Source: Oopsacas minuta (lineage: Eukaryota > Animalia > Porifera). Taken from it: a stretch of DNA of 35,206 nucleotides. The stretch spans positions 186,704 to 221,909 of the forward strand of contig JAKMXF010000341.1 in the NCBI GenBank assembly GCA_024704765.1, given 5' to 3'. The notes under the pieces are model-generated. The model made no database searches. It saw only the letters and a list, made by a program, of their open reading frames with translations, and was not told where the DNA came from. Made by a program: the position numbers and the translations under genes. This document shows, piece by piece, positions 7,866 to 17,477 of the stretch (positions are counted from its first letter, which is position 1; the number at the start of each line of letters is the position of its first letter).

Positions 7866-10800
7866 GATATCCTATAACGTCGGAAGTCGGTTGATTGTAC
7901 CAAACGGATGGTTTGAGACTATCAACCGACCTCCCACTGAATAGATTATGGTTAATTAACCATACTTGCCAACCTTCCCGGATCTCTGAATCCAGGGATA
8001 TATTGGATATTTCTAGCAAATTTCTGACAAATTAGTGAAAAATTCATTTTATTTGCATATAAAATTAGAAATCTCCAGAATTTTTACAATCCCATGATTC
8101 CGAGGTATACACCTATCCAGAGAATAGTTAGAATTTAGGAACGGATGGTAAGTATGGTCACCATCGAGCGATTTATCTCTTAGGATTAATCATAAGATGT
8201 AGGGAATATACTAATTAATGCAGTTGTAATCGGGTTTTTTGTTGTCAAGTCAATGTAAGAATTGTTTATTCGAAATTCTTATATAAGGCCATGTAAAGTA
8301 ATATACTTGTTTCTCATCCCCACCCGCCCCAAATTTTATCCCCCGTCCGGAAAGATTTTATTTATATTTTTCCAAATTATGGATAATTCTTTGGCCACAG
8401 AGTGTGCAATCCACATTTACTAGTTGTATAGTTGAAAAATTCAATATTTTTAGTGCCCAGAGAGAATGTGACGAGATAATCGAAGGGTCAAAATATTTTA
8501 TATATTAACTGACCTATAAATAATACCGTGGCAGTTTCCGAAGAAATTCCGGATGAGAAACAAGTAATTAATTCTACATGGTCTAAAATAATCGGATTTT
8601 ACTGTGCAGGCTAATAAACTAGTACTTAGTATAGTGGCTCAGTTCTAAAATGGTTGACTGTATATTTTCACACCTTTTGGTGAACATTTCACAATTTTCC
8701 TAGAAATTAGCTTCCACTTATAAATAGGATAAACAGTGACGTAGGATTTGACATTTTAATGTCTAACAAGATTAGTAAAATTCAATTTCATCTTTCATTG
8801 CTAAAATGGATATTTAGTAAAATAATATAGTTTCAATAATCCATAAAATTTATTTGGTAATATTTAAGTCGGCACAGACGGCGATTTGAGATTTTTTCTT
8901 GTTTACGAACTGATCACTATATTTTCAATTAACAATCTTCACAACACAAAATTCACCGAGGCGTAGTCAAAGAATTACAGGTACATTATTAACCATTTTC
9001 ACAAATTATACTTCATAAAGTAGAGTTTATGATTAAAGTGATATATCTGACCATGAAACAGCTATTCCGTATTTCTGAGTCGTTTTAATGCTTGATATGC
9101 ATGTATATAACTAATCATACGTCAGTGAGAATGCAAGATGCACCCAAAGGGTGCCACCCGAGAAATGTCCACGTACCCCCAGCGTGAGTAAGCGAAGCTT
9201 GCTTGTATGAGTGATTTTTCAAAATACTGGATTAGTACATGCCTCAATTACTAGTAAATCTAACTTAATATACGTAGGGTTTAGTATCGAAACCATTATA
9301 GAAATCTTCCCATTGTATTTCATTTTAGAGAATTAAGTGTTTGATCTTCATTTATACTCAACATTTCCACTTAACTTGTACATGTATGCAACATATTCAT
9401 ATTTACAACTGTCAGCATAGCTAATCGAAAATTTTTCCGAATGAAACGTGTATTACACAGCTAAGCGAACTTATTTCGAGATTCGAAGCTATTTGACGGT
9501 ATAGAAATACTTATGTTTTAGCAATTATAGCTGATCGTGCAGGGAGAGCTCTGGACCCCATTGGGGAGTTACAGCGCCTCCCAGACACACAATTGGATGA
9601 TTATCCTACCTCCACAAATTCCTGGATCCGCCACTGGAAACGACACTATTCTATTGGTCGGATATATTTTCTAGTGGCAGTTAACTAGCAAAAGCGGTGG
9701 TTTACCGAACCTAGCCCTGTCCAGCTGAAAGTTTATATCCATTTAGAGATCTCTATTTAGAATGTGTTTATATTCCTACTTTCTGTCAAGATGTTTGTTC
9801 CTGATACTCATCTCTATAATCTTCTGGCCAACATCTCTCACACAGTGTAACACTGAGTTACCTGATAACTCTAAAGTTATACTGGATTCTAATACTTATC
9901 ATACAGTAGATACTGGTGGGGTAATACTACCTGAAACTTTAGGATGGGGCAATGTTCAAGTAGATAGTATAGTATATACTGTTGGTACTTCATCTAATAC
10001 TTTTGATGATAATTTAGGCTGGCGACCAGCTATATTAAAGACAGGTTCATGTGGACCTGAATACGAATCTTGCTTTCAATCAACACATGTACCTTATGCA
10101 TCAGTGGATATAGAAGGAGAAATGAACTGGCTAGTTAGTAGTTATTATCAGACATTAGCTAATGCTATTTTCATCAGAATTACTTGTGAAAGATATAGAA
10201 ATTATGAAACAGATTGTCTTAAAACATTTCAAATATTCTACTACGAGTCTGATACGAATATAATTCTAACAGAATCTCTCCTCTCTCAATTCCTGCTTGC
10301 TGATAATACTACTAATCAGCTGATGGAAGGAGGAGGAGGAGTTGTAGTAGCTTCATTCCCAAGATCTAAGAATGGATTCTATATAGGATTCTTGAATCAG
10401 AATCCTTGTGCACTTCTCACTGAGTTCCTTTTCTACTGCTTTGAGTGTCCTGCTACAAATTCTACTTCTGGTATCTACTCTGTATCTGCTGTGCTATCTC
10501 CTAGTCCAGCTGATGAAGTTATCCATGTTAATGTTAGCTGTATTCTCCCCTTTGTGAACAGAGACCCTCTTAATCTGAGAGCAGAATGCTACTGGAACGG
10601 TACATGGAGTCTGCCTGAAGAGGATTTGTGTGTTTGTATGTCAGGTTACTACATGTTGACAGACAGCAGCAGTAGCAGCATTATATCGTGTGTTTTGTGT
10701 CCTTATAAGAGCAATACAGGTGGAGATATAGGAGCTGTTGAGTGCTCGTGTGAAGATGACTGGTATAGAGGAGAGGGAGAGAGCGTGAGTGAGAGTTGTG

Positions 10801-11403
10801 GACAGAGTCCTTCTGCTGTTGAGAATGTTCGTGTAGATATATCAACTACTCCTTTGGAGATGACAGTTGAGTGGGATATACCTGTGTATTTGGGGAATCG
10901 TAATGAGAATCAGCTGCACTACATTGTGAGTTATTATGAAGTTGTATCTCCAGAGAGTAAGAAGGAGATAATGAATTTGATAGAGAGACAGTTAGTATTG
11001 AGTAATGTATCAGAGAGTACAGAGTATGTTATTATAGTGACATCATTAAATGGAGTTAGTTCAGTGTCTGATGTGTATAACAGAGTTAATATAACTGTGT
11101 TATCTTCTTTTCCAGATTTTGATTCTATCAGTTACAACAGTGGTATTCTGGAATGGAGCTACACTCTGTATGGCCAGAGAGAATATGTGTTTGAATTGAG
11201 TTACTTTTCTGTAGAAAATGATACAACTTGTGTATTACACGTGAACAGTAGTGAGTGTGAGTGTACAGGCGGTTACACCTGTGTGTGTACTGTGAATGTT
11301 ACTGATTTGGATTCTTCTAAATCAATGAGTTTTCAATTATTCTCTGATAATTCAGGTACATTAATTGCTACTAATCTTAGTTATTCAACTAATCTCTCTA
11401 ATA
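7866..11403 (+). repeat. Tandem duplication copy 2 (upstream region plus Eph ectodomain)
   Basis: Collinear with 676-3470, with extra sequence between blocks (e.g. ~9097-9602). Similarity ends abruptly just after AATCTCTC at 11398/3465. Confidence 0.9.
9545..9636. mobile_element. Transposon end relic (same terminus as 1698, longer subterminal part)
   Basis: GC-rich GGACCCCATTGGGGAGTTACAGCGCCTCCCAGAC followed by CCTGGATCCGCCACTG, resembling invertebrate hAT-like MITE ends. Family assignment not verified. Confidence 0.5.
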
Positions 11404-11549
11404 CTTTTCCTATTCCCTCTGTTCAGTACACAATTGCAACGATTTTATTGGTATTTATTGGTATTTCTTACTTTTTGTTTGTGTTTTCTCTGACAGCTTT
11501 TATTATTGTTTATTTACTATTTTGGATGTTTAAGAAATGTATAACTTGA
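9762..11549 (+). CDS. Kinase-less Eph paralog (ectodomain + TM + 5-aa tail), 595 aa
   Basis: Intact ORF, about 95% identical to residues 1-550 of the upstream Eph. Then an unrelated ~35-aa hydrophobic stretch and KKCIT*. No kinase or SAM sequence between 11549 and CDC27. Confidence 0.9.
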   Translation: MCLYSYFLSRCLFLILISIIFWPTSLTQCNTELPDNSKVILDSNTYHTVDTGGVILPETLGWGNVQVDSIVYTVGTSSNTFDDNLGWRPAILKTGSCGPEYESCFQSTHVPYASVDIEGEMNWLVSSYYQTLANAIFIRITCERYRNYETDCLKTFQIFYYESDTNIILTESLLSQFLLADNTTNQLMEGGGGVVVASFPRSKNGFYIGFLNQNPCALLTEFLFYCFECPATNSTSGIYSVSAVLSPSPADEVIHVNVSCILPFVNRDPLNLRAECYWNGTWSLPEEDLCVCMSGYYMLTDSSSSSIISCVLCPYKSNTGGDIGAVECSCEDDWYRGEGESVSESCGQSPSAVENVRVDISTTPLEMTVEWDIPVYLGNRNENQLHYIVSYYEVVSPESKKEIMNLIERQLVLSNVSESTEYVIIVTSLNGVSSVSDVYNRVNITVLSSFPDFDSISYNSGILEWSYTLYGQREYVFELSYFSVENDTTCVLHVNSSECECTGGYTCVCTVNVTDLDSSKSMSFQLFSDNSGTLIATNLSYSTNLSNTFPIPSVQYTIATILLVFIGISYFLFVFSLTAFIIVYLLFWMFKKCIT

Positions 11550-12000
11550 ATTGTTCTCAGACTGTCTTTATTGTGTTTTATAGTTTTACTAACTTGTGAA
11601 ACTGAATTATGTTTGGAGAATATTTGTTTGTTAATTTATCATCGATATGATATTATTTTGAAGAAATTTTTTTATAATATTATTGTTATTGTTTGTTTGT
11701 AATAATGAATTTTCACCACATAGTTGTCAACTTTGTAGACATATATCCGGGAGATTTCCTTAGTAACAGTTGAATTTCGCAAGTTTTTGATGTGAGATGG
11801 ATGGCTGATAGGAATTCTACCCACCCTAGTAGCGTATAAATGTCTAGCCTATTTTTCCTAAAAATCAAAATTGATGACATAGGCACTAGTAGATAATTCA
11901 TCCCTGCTTAATGGACCCTATTTCATGGCTTATTTGGCCAATATATGTTGACATTGCTAATGACTAAAATACATTTCCACTAGTATATACGTGATACGTA

Positions 12001-12083
12001 CCAAATTTCCCTGATTGAGCGCGCTGGGGTATTCACCCGCACGAAATATATGAGCACCAGGGTGCTTTTTCAGGGAAATAGGG
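12001..12083. mobile_element. 83-bp Tc1/mariner-type MITE
   Basis: TA|CCAAATTTCCCTGA ... TCAGGGAAATAGGG|TA: 14-bp TIRs with 2 mismatches, flanked by TA. Lies 67 bp upstream of the CDC27 ATG. Confidence 0.65.
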
Positions 12084-12150
12084 TATAGTACATAAACATA
12101 TGCACATTGATTTACTAATTTACTTGTATTCATAGTGTCTACTGTATTTT

Positions 12151-14751
12151 ATGCTATTCAGTATTCAAGAACCTGTATCAGGTGCTATATGGCATCTACT
12201 CAATCACTACTGTATAGAAGATGCTATCTTCTTAGCTGAAAGGTTACATGCTGAGGTTTGTTCAGAAGAGAGCTCATTCCTTCTAGCAACCTCTTACTTC
12301 AGAGATGGACAGATTATCCACGCTATACACACTCTAGAAAAACTAAAGTGCCCGACGAATATGAAATGTAGAATATTATTAGCTCGCTGCTGCCTAGAGC
12401 AGAAGGAGTACAGAAGAGTACAGCATATCCTGTTAGGTAATTCTGAGATATCTAATGAACAGGTACCTCGTGTGTATCAAAATGATGCAGGTGTTGTATT
12501 CTGGCTAATAGGTGAGTCTCTGAGACGGTGTAATCTTCCTGCAGAATCTAAAGAGTATTTCCTACTAAGTCTGAGGTATAACCCTTATATGTGGTCCTCA
12601 CTACACGCATTATGCGAGATAGGATGCCGAATACAACTAGACCATATATATACAGTGAATAATATTCCTGTGTTTTATAACGAAGCTCCATTTATGGCTA
12701 TATCCCGTGCTTACCATCCATCTGAGTACTGTGATAGGATGGATATACAGGAACAGCAAGTACTGGTGCAGGCCCCTAAACCAAAGATCCGTGTACCTCC
12801 TATTCCTCTCCAACAGTGTACAGATATAACAAGAGTAACTAGGAAGACTAATCTTAGCAAAGTATGCATGAAATTATCATTTGATTCAGCTGCTTATGCA
12901 GAGAAGAAAGTACCTAAAAAAAGCACTATAGACTCTACAGTAGGATCTCCTGCTACTCCTACATTTGGTACTCTACCTATGCTCACTACTCCTGGCTGTG
13001 AGCAGGATCCCGGGATATTAGAGAGGAGTGGTAACGTGTCCTGGTTATTCCAACAGTTAAAAGACACCCATCTGTTTTCCTCATACAAGACACCCTCTCC
13101 TCAGCCATTCTCTAGAGAGAGTAGTCTCTCAAAAGCTCCAGTCATCTCCAAGGAGTATTTCACCGCATACAAACAACCTTCTAATATGATCAGGTCCCTC
13201 CTTGCTCCTGACTCTGTTCAGAATCTGAACTTTGTGAGTCCAGGCCCTCTTCCCCCCAGAATAACTCGTAAGAGAGGTACCCGCTACCTAGCAGCTACAG
13301 CTGAGGACTCTGAACCTAGGAGCAAGATCAGAAGACAAGACCCTATCTGTATAGATAGTAGTAAACCAGAGAGACCTGTAACCCGATCCTTTCTCAGACA
13401 GGAACCCTTGTCCTCAAGCTCCTCTCAAGCTCCTACCCCGCCCCTTGCTGTCCGTACAGATTCTAAACTACCTGTGCCATCTAAACTACACACCAGAATT
13501 CGTAGAGATAAACCTACAGAATCTAAGACACAGAGTAAACTCACTCAATCAATATCTAATATAAATATCTGTCAGCCCTCTCCTGCAGCAGACTCTCCTG
13601 TCCCTGCTGGTGATACATCTACCCTACTTGATTCTACACAAACAGAAGAGTTCAATTCTGCACTTAAGTCTAGTATACAGTCAGTAGTGAATCTATTACT
13701 ACAGCTAGCTACTGCATACACACATCTGTTTAAATTCGAATTGTCATCTGCTGTCTCTGCTTTCGAAGAACTCCCAGATAACCAATTCCAGACTCCCTGG
13801 GTATTGTGTCAGCTCGCTAAGGCGCATTTTGAGCAGGCAAACTACCAGACAGCCTGCGACCTGTTTGAGGATGTCCGTACCCTAGATTTTGATCACGTCA
13901 CAGATATGGATATATACTCCACAGCTCTCTGGCATTTACAGAAGGACGTAGAGCTGTCTGCTCTCTCAGAGGAGTTAGCTAACTCATGGCAACAATCCCC
14001 TCAGGCATATTGTGCTAGAGGCAATTGTCTCAGTCTGAATAAGGAGCATGAAGATGCTATTAAGTTATTCAAACGTGCAACACAGCTTGCACCTAGATTT
14101 GTGTACGCATATACCCTGTTAGGACACGAGTACCTGTGTACAGAGGATCTATCTAATGCTAAGAAGAGCTTCCGCACAGCTGCTACTATCAACCCGAGAC
14201 ACTACAATGCTTTCTTTGGACTAGGGATGATATCACTGAGAGAGGAGAACTTCCAAATGGCAGAAATACACTTCAATAAAGCTCACATGATTAACCCCAG
14301 CAGTTGTATAATTTGTAGTAGATTAGCTAAAGTTAAGCATTCTCTCCGTCGATCCTCTGAGGCTCTGACCTACCTGGAGAGAGCTCGTAAGCTGGACCCT
14401 AAGAGCCCGGTCCCTCTCTACCATAAAGCTAGTATCCTCCTGGATCTGAACAGACCACAAGAAGCCCTGGATATCTTAGAGGGCCTCACTAAGATGGTCC
14501 CCCGAGAGGCTCTGGTCCACTTCCTTATGGGTAAGGTGTATCAGAAGCTGGGAAAGAGGTATGAGGCTAAACTCAAATATTCCTGGGCTCTGTCTATTGA
14601 TCCTAATAACAGGGAGATTAGAGATGCTCAGAATAGTCTCAATCAGCCCTGTTCTAACCATGACGAGGGTACACCTCCTAACTCAGGATTTGATATATTT
14701 ATTGATCCTATGCCAGAAGCTCCTACCCCAGATGAGAACAATCATTCTTAA
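12151..14751 (+). CDS. CDC27: Anaphase-promoting complex subunit 3 (CDC27), 866 aa, single exon
   Basis: N-terminus IQEPVSGAIWHLLNHY..DAIFLAERLHAEV.SEES.FLLA matches CDC27. Long S/P-rich linker. C-terminal TPR array (YSTALWHLQKD, GNCLSLNKEHEDAIKLFKRA, YAYTLLGHEY, RHYNAFFGLG). Confidence 0.96.
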   Translation: MLFSIQEPVSGAIWHLLNHYCIEDAIFLAERLHAEVCSEESSFLLATSYFRDGQIIHAIHTLEKLKCPTNMKCRILLARCCLEQKEYRRVQHILLGNSEISNEQVPRVYQNDAGVVFWLIGESLRRCNLPAESKEYFLLSLRYNPYMWSSLHALCEIGCRIQLDHIYTVNNIPVFYNEAPFMAISRAYHPSEYCDRMDIQEQQVLVQAPKPKIRVPPIPLQQCTDITRVTRKTNLSKVCMKLSFDSAAYAEKKVPKKSTIDSTVGSPATPTFGTLPMLTTPGCEQDPGILERSGNVSWLFQQLKDTHLFSSYKTPSPQPFSRESSLSKAPVISKEYFTAYKQPSNMIRSLLAPDSVQNLNFVSPGPLPPRITRKRGTRYLAATAEDSEPRSKIRRQDPICIDSSKPERPVTRSFLRQEPLSSSSSQAPTPPLAVRTDSKLPVPSKLHTRIRRDKPTESKTQSKLTQSISNINICQPSPAADSPVPAGDTSTLLDSTQTEEFNSALKSSIQSVVNLLLQLATAYTHLFKFELSSAVSAFEELPDNQFQTPWVLCQLAKAHFEQANYQTACDLFEDVRTLDFDHVTDMDIYSTALWHLQKDVELSALSEELANSWQQSPQAYCARGNCLSLNKEHEDAIKLFKRATQLAPRFVYAYTLLGHEYLCTEDLSNAKKSFRTAATINPRHYNAFFGLGMISLREENFQMAEIHFNKAHMINPSSCIICSRLAKVKHSLRRSSEALTYLERARKLDPKSPVPLYHKASILLDLNRPQEALDILEGLTKMVPREALVHFLMGKVYQKLGKRYEAKLKYSWALSIDPNNREIRDAQNSLNQPCSNHDEGTPPNSGFDIFIDPMPEAPTPDENNHS

Positions 14752-14848
14752 CACTTAATTAGTTCTCTAACTACTATTCCTGTATGGTTTATTGCTGTGA
14801 TAATCTAATTAAGAGATGATTATTACATAATATTGTTAAAATAATTTA

Positions 14849-14965
14849 CAGCAAGCTCTTGCTATAACGAAGTGCTGGGACTCAGATTCCATTTCGTTAT
14901 ATGTGGAGTAAAATTAATTACTTTCACCCTACAGGGGTCCGACTGATCATAACGGGAGTTTACTA
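14849..14965. mobile_element. Degenerate Tc1/mariner-type MITE
   Basis: Left CAGCAAGCTCTTGCTATAAC versus reverse complement of right end TAGTAAACTCCCGTTATG; several mismatches. Confidence 0.35.
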
Positions 14966-15295
14966 CAGTGGGTCCTCTCTAATTGTCAACTTGTTCATTC
15001 GTTTTTATCTGTTAGAATCTGTAATTGTCCATAGGGTTCTCTAATTGTCCACTTCGAACCTCAAATGTAGACTTTTCTAATCAGAAAGATTTTGTGCTAA
15101 TTCCTCTACTCAATGAAAGGCTTGATTTACTGGTTGGATCATTTCTTATAAATGTAAATGATAACTAAAGCATGAAAACCTCTACACGTTGTGTTTGTAA
15201 CAAATACAATCCCTGTTAGACAAGAGGATACTTTTGAACATTTCATTGAGTAGTGGAAATGCACTGATCCTTATGAATCTTGTATTATCAACTAG

Positions 15296-15877
15296 ATGGC
15301 TACCCCTTCTAATATTTTGCTACTAACCCTGAGGCCCAGGGTATTATTCTGGGTACCAGGATATTCACAGAGATGGCTGTCCTCTCCTAAACCTAAATCT
15401 CGTCGTCAACCTGCTAAACTAGACAAAGAAAAGAATATAAGATTACAAAAGAAATTTCAAGTTGCTGAGTATAAGAAGCAGTTACAAGATGAAGCAAAGA
15501 AGGTACATTGTATGAAAATAGCACTCAGGGGAGAAGCTCTGGACCCAGAGGCTCTCAATCCAATCAGAAAACGTCCCCTTAAGGTATACACCCCAGAAGA
15601 GATTGACCAGCAGATTACTATAAAGAAGGAATGGTCTTCTTACAAGAACAGGCAATCTGCTGAAACTTTTCGTCAACTTAATAACCTTCTTAAAAGCAGA
15701 ATAAAGGCTATGAGGGAGTTGAAGAAAGCTTCTCCAGCTTTATACGAGGCAACACTGAGAGCAGATCCAGAAGCTTGTCTCCCTATAGAGATAGATCCTA
15801 TACCTGAGTATCCTGCTAGGGAGGGGTATGAGGCACCTGAGCCTTATGATAAACTATTCCCTGACAAGAAAACCTAA
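15296..15877 (+). CDS. MRPL40: Mitochondrial ribosomal protein mL40, 193 aa
   Basis: Basic/hydroxylated presequence-like N-terminus. EWSSYK..Q..AMRELKKASPALYEA..D..P...P.YP..GYEAP matches the mL40 family pattern. Confidence 0.82.
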   Translation: MATPSNILLLTLRPRVLFWVPGYSQRWLSSPKPKSRRQPAKLDKEKNIRLQKKFQVAEYKKQLQDEAKKVHCMKIALRGEALDPEALNPIRKRPLKVYTPEEIDQQITIKKEWSSYKNRQSAETFRQLNNLLKSRIKAMRELKKASPALYEATLRADPEACLPIEIDPIPEYPAREGYEAPEPYDKLFPDKKT

Positions 15878-17477
15878 GCAAATAACCTTAACTAAGATTA
15901 ATGACTGATTTAATTTCTGTAAAATTATCACTTCATAAGTAGTTTTTTGAATTTATTTGCATTAAATTTTAATGAATTAACCACTGTAATATTACCTCCT
16001 CTTCTAACACGTGTAGAACTGTAGATATTGTGTGGAGTATGTTAATGAATTTATTAAGATAATTCAATCTATTACAAATACAATTACAGCAAATCATTCA
16101 GCACTGTTAATCTCAGAATTTATTGGTTTCCCTTTATTAATGAAGTTTCGTGTTTAATTAATAGCTACTGGAATTATATAATTAATCATTAATGCAAACA
16201 AGTAGCATAATGAAGGAATCCTTATTTTACACTGTTCTTGTTGAAACTTGGTTAGTGCTAGTTTTGTTGCAAATCAGGTTTTACATGTCTCACTATATGC
16301 AATGCCTCTGTTAATTGTAAATTACATATAACAGCTAGGCAGGATGTAGTTGTAGATATTACATAATAGAATTGTTAATAATAATTCGTATTAGTTCTTT
16401 GAAGTAGCATACAGCTTACTGATGCATGGTGTGTTACATAGTCATGCCCATATACACACGCCATACGAACCTGTTAGCTATCAGCTGTGTAATATGATTA
16501 TTATCCTATTCATCTGGCTCTCAACCAGAAACCACTATTCTGCTCTTTGTGTGTATCCTCTTGATCTCATTGTAGAGCTACAATAATGAAATGGTTTATG
16601 TCACACTGTATTATTCCCTTTGATATTATTTGATAATTCTAATCATTATATTGTTATATTATCTCACACGATCTGTGTCAAAGATATCTGGCACACTTCG
16701 TGATATGTAGTCGAACTGTAATTAATTGTCAAATAATTACAACAAAAGTCTTGTGGGATATAAAATATATATTTAATCCCTCAGTATTTGGAACTTTGTT
16801 ATCAGATAAGTCCAATCAAGTTAACACAGGTGTATCTATTCTAAAAGAATAGATATGACTCATGGTGAAATTTCAGTGATGGCGATGTTGTCTATATATT
16901 GGATAAGATGAATAATTCCGCGATTTATCTCAGGTTTCTAATTATTGTCCTGAAATAGGCTTTATTCTTGTCTTACCTTTGATATTGATATTGTTAAAAT
17001 ATGTCCGCCCCATGTATCAATATTTATATAAACCTTTCTCCTGAGATTTGAAATATGTCCGTGTTATATACTGTTTTTCAATTTATAAATAATTGCAATT
17101 ATTACTATATAGCTCGTTAATTGAATTGTGTATATATATTCTCACTAGATTCCTATTATGGTAACTTCAATCAAATGTTATACAATCTTATTTCATTTGA
17201 ACTCTCCAATAATTTGTGTATTCTCATTCCACAAAATTGTCTTACAACAGTATTTCGCTATTGCACGTTATTGCCGGTAGTAGTAATGATTATGTGTGCG
17301 TTACAGCTGACGCAGGCGTAAGGTCACTACTCAATTCGAATTAGTTGCATATTGCCTTAGATCTAACTTTATTAGGTGCTGTAGCTTGTATTGCAGTCTT
17401 TATATTATATTTATACACGAATTCAGTCCACTTTTTCAAGTAGTATGTATTTTAGTTTTGATTTATAAAATTATAAA

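Noticed and set aside
17121-17321. 66-aa ORF upstream of MYO18
   Set aside because: Starts at TTG, has AT-rich low-information sequence and no homology signal.
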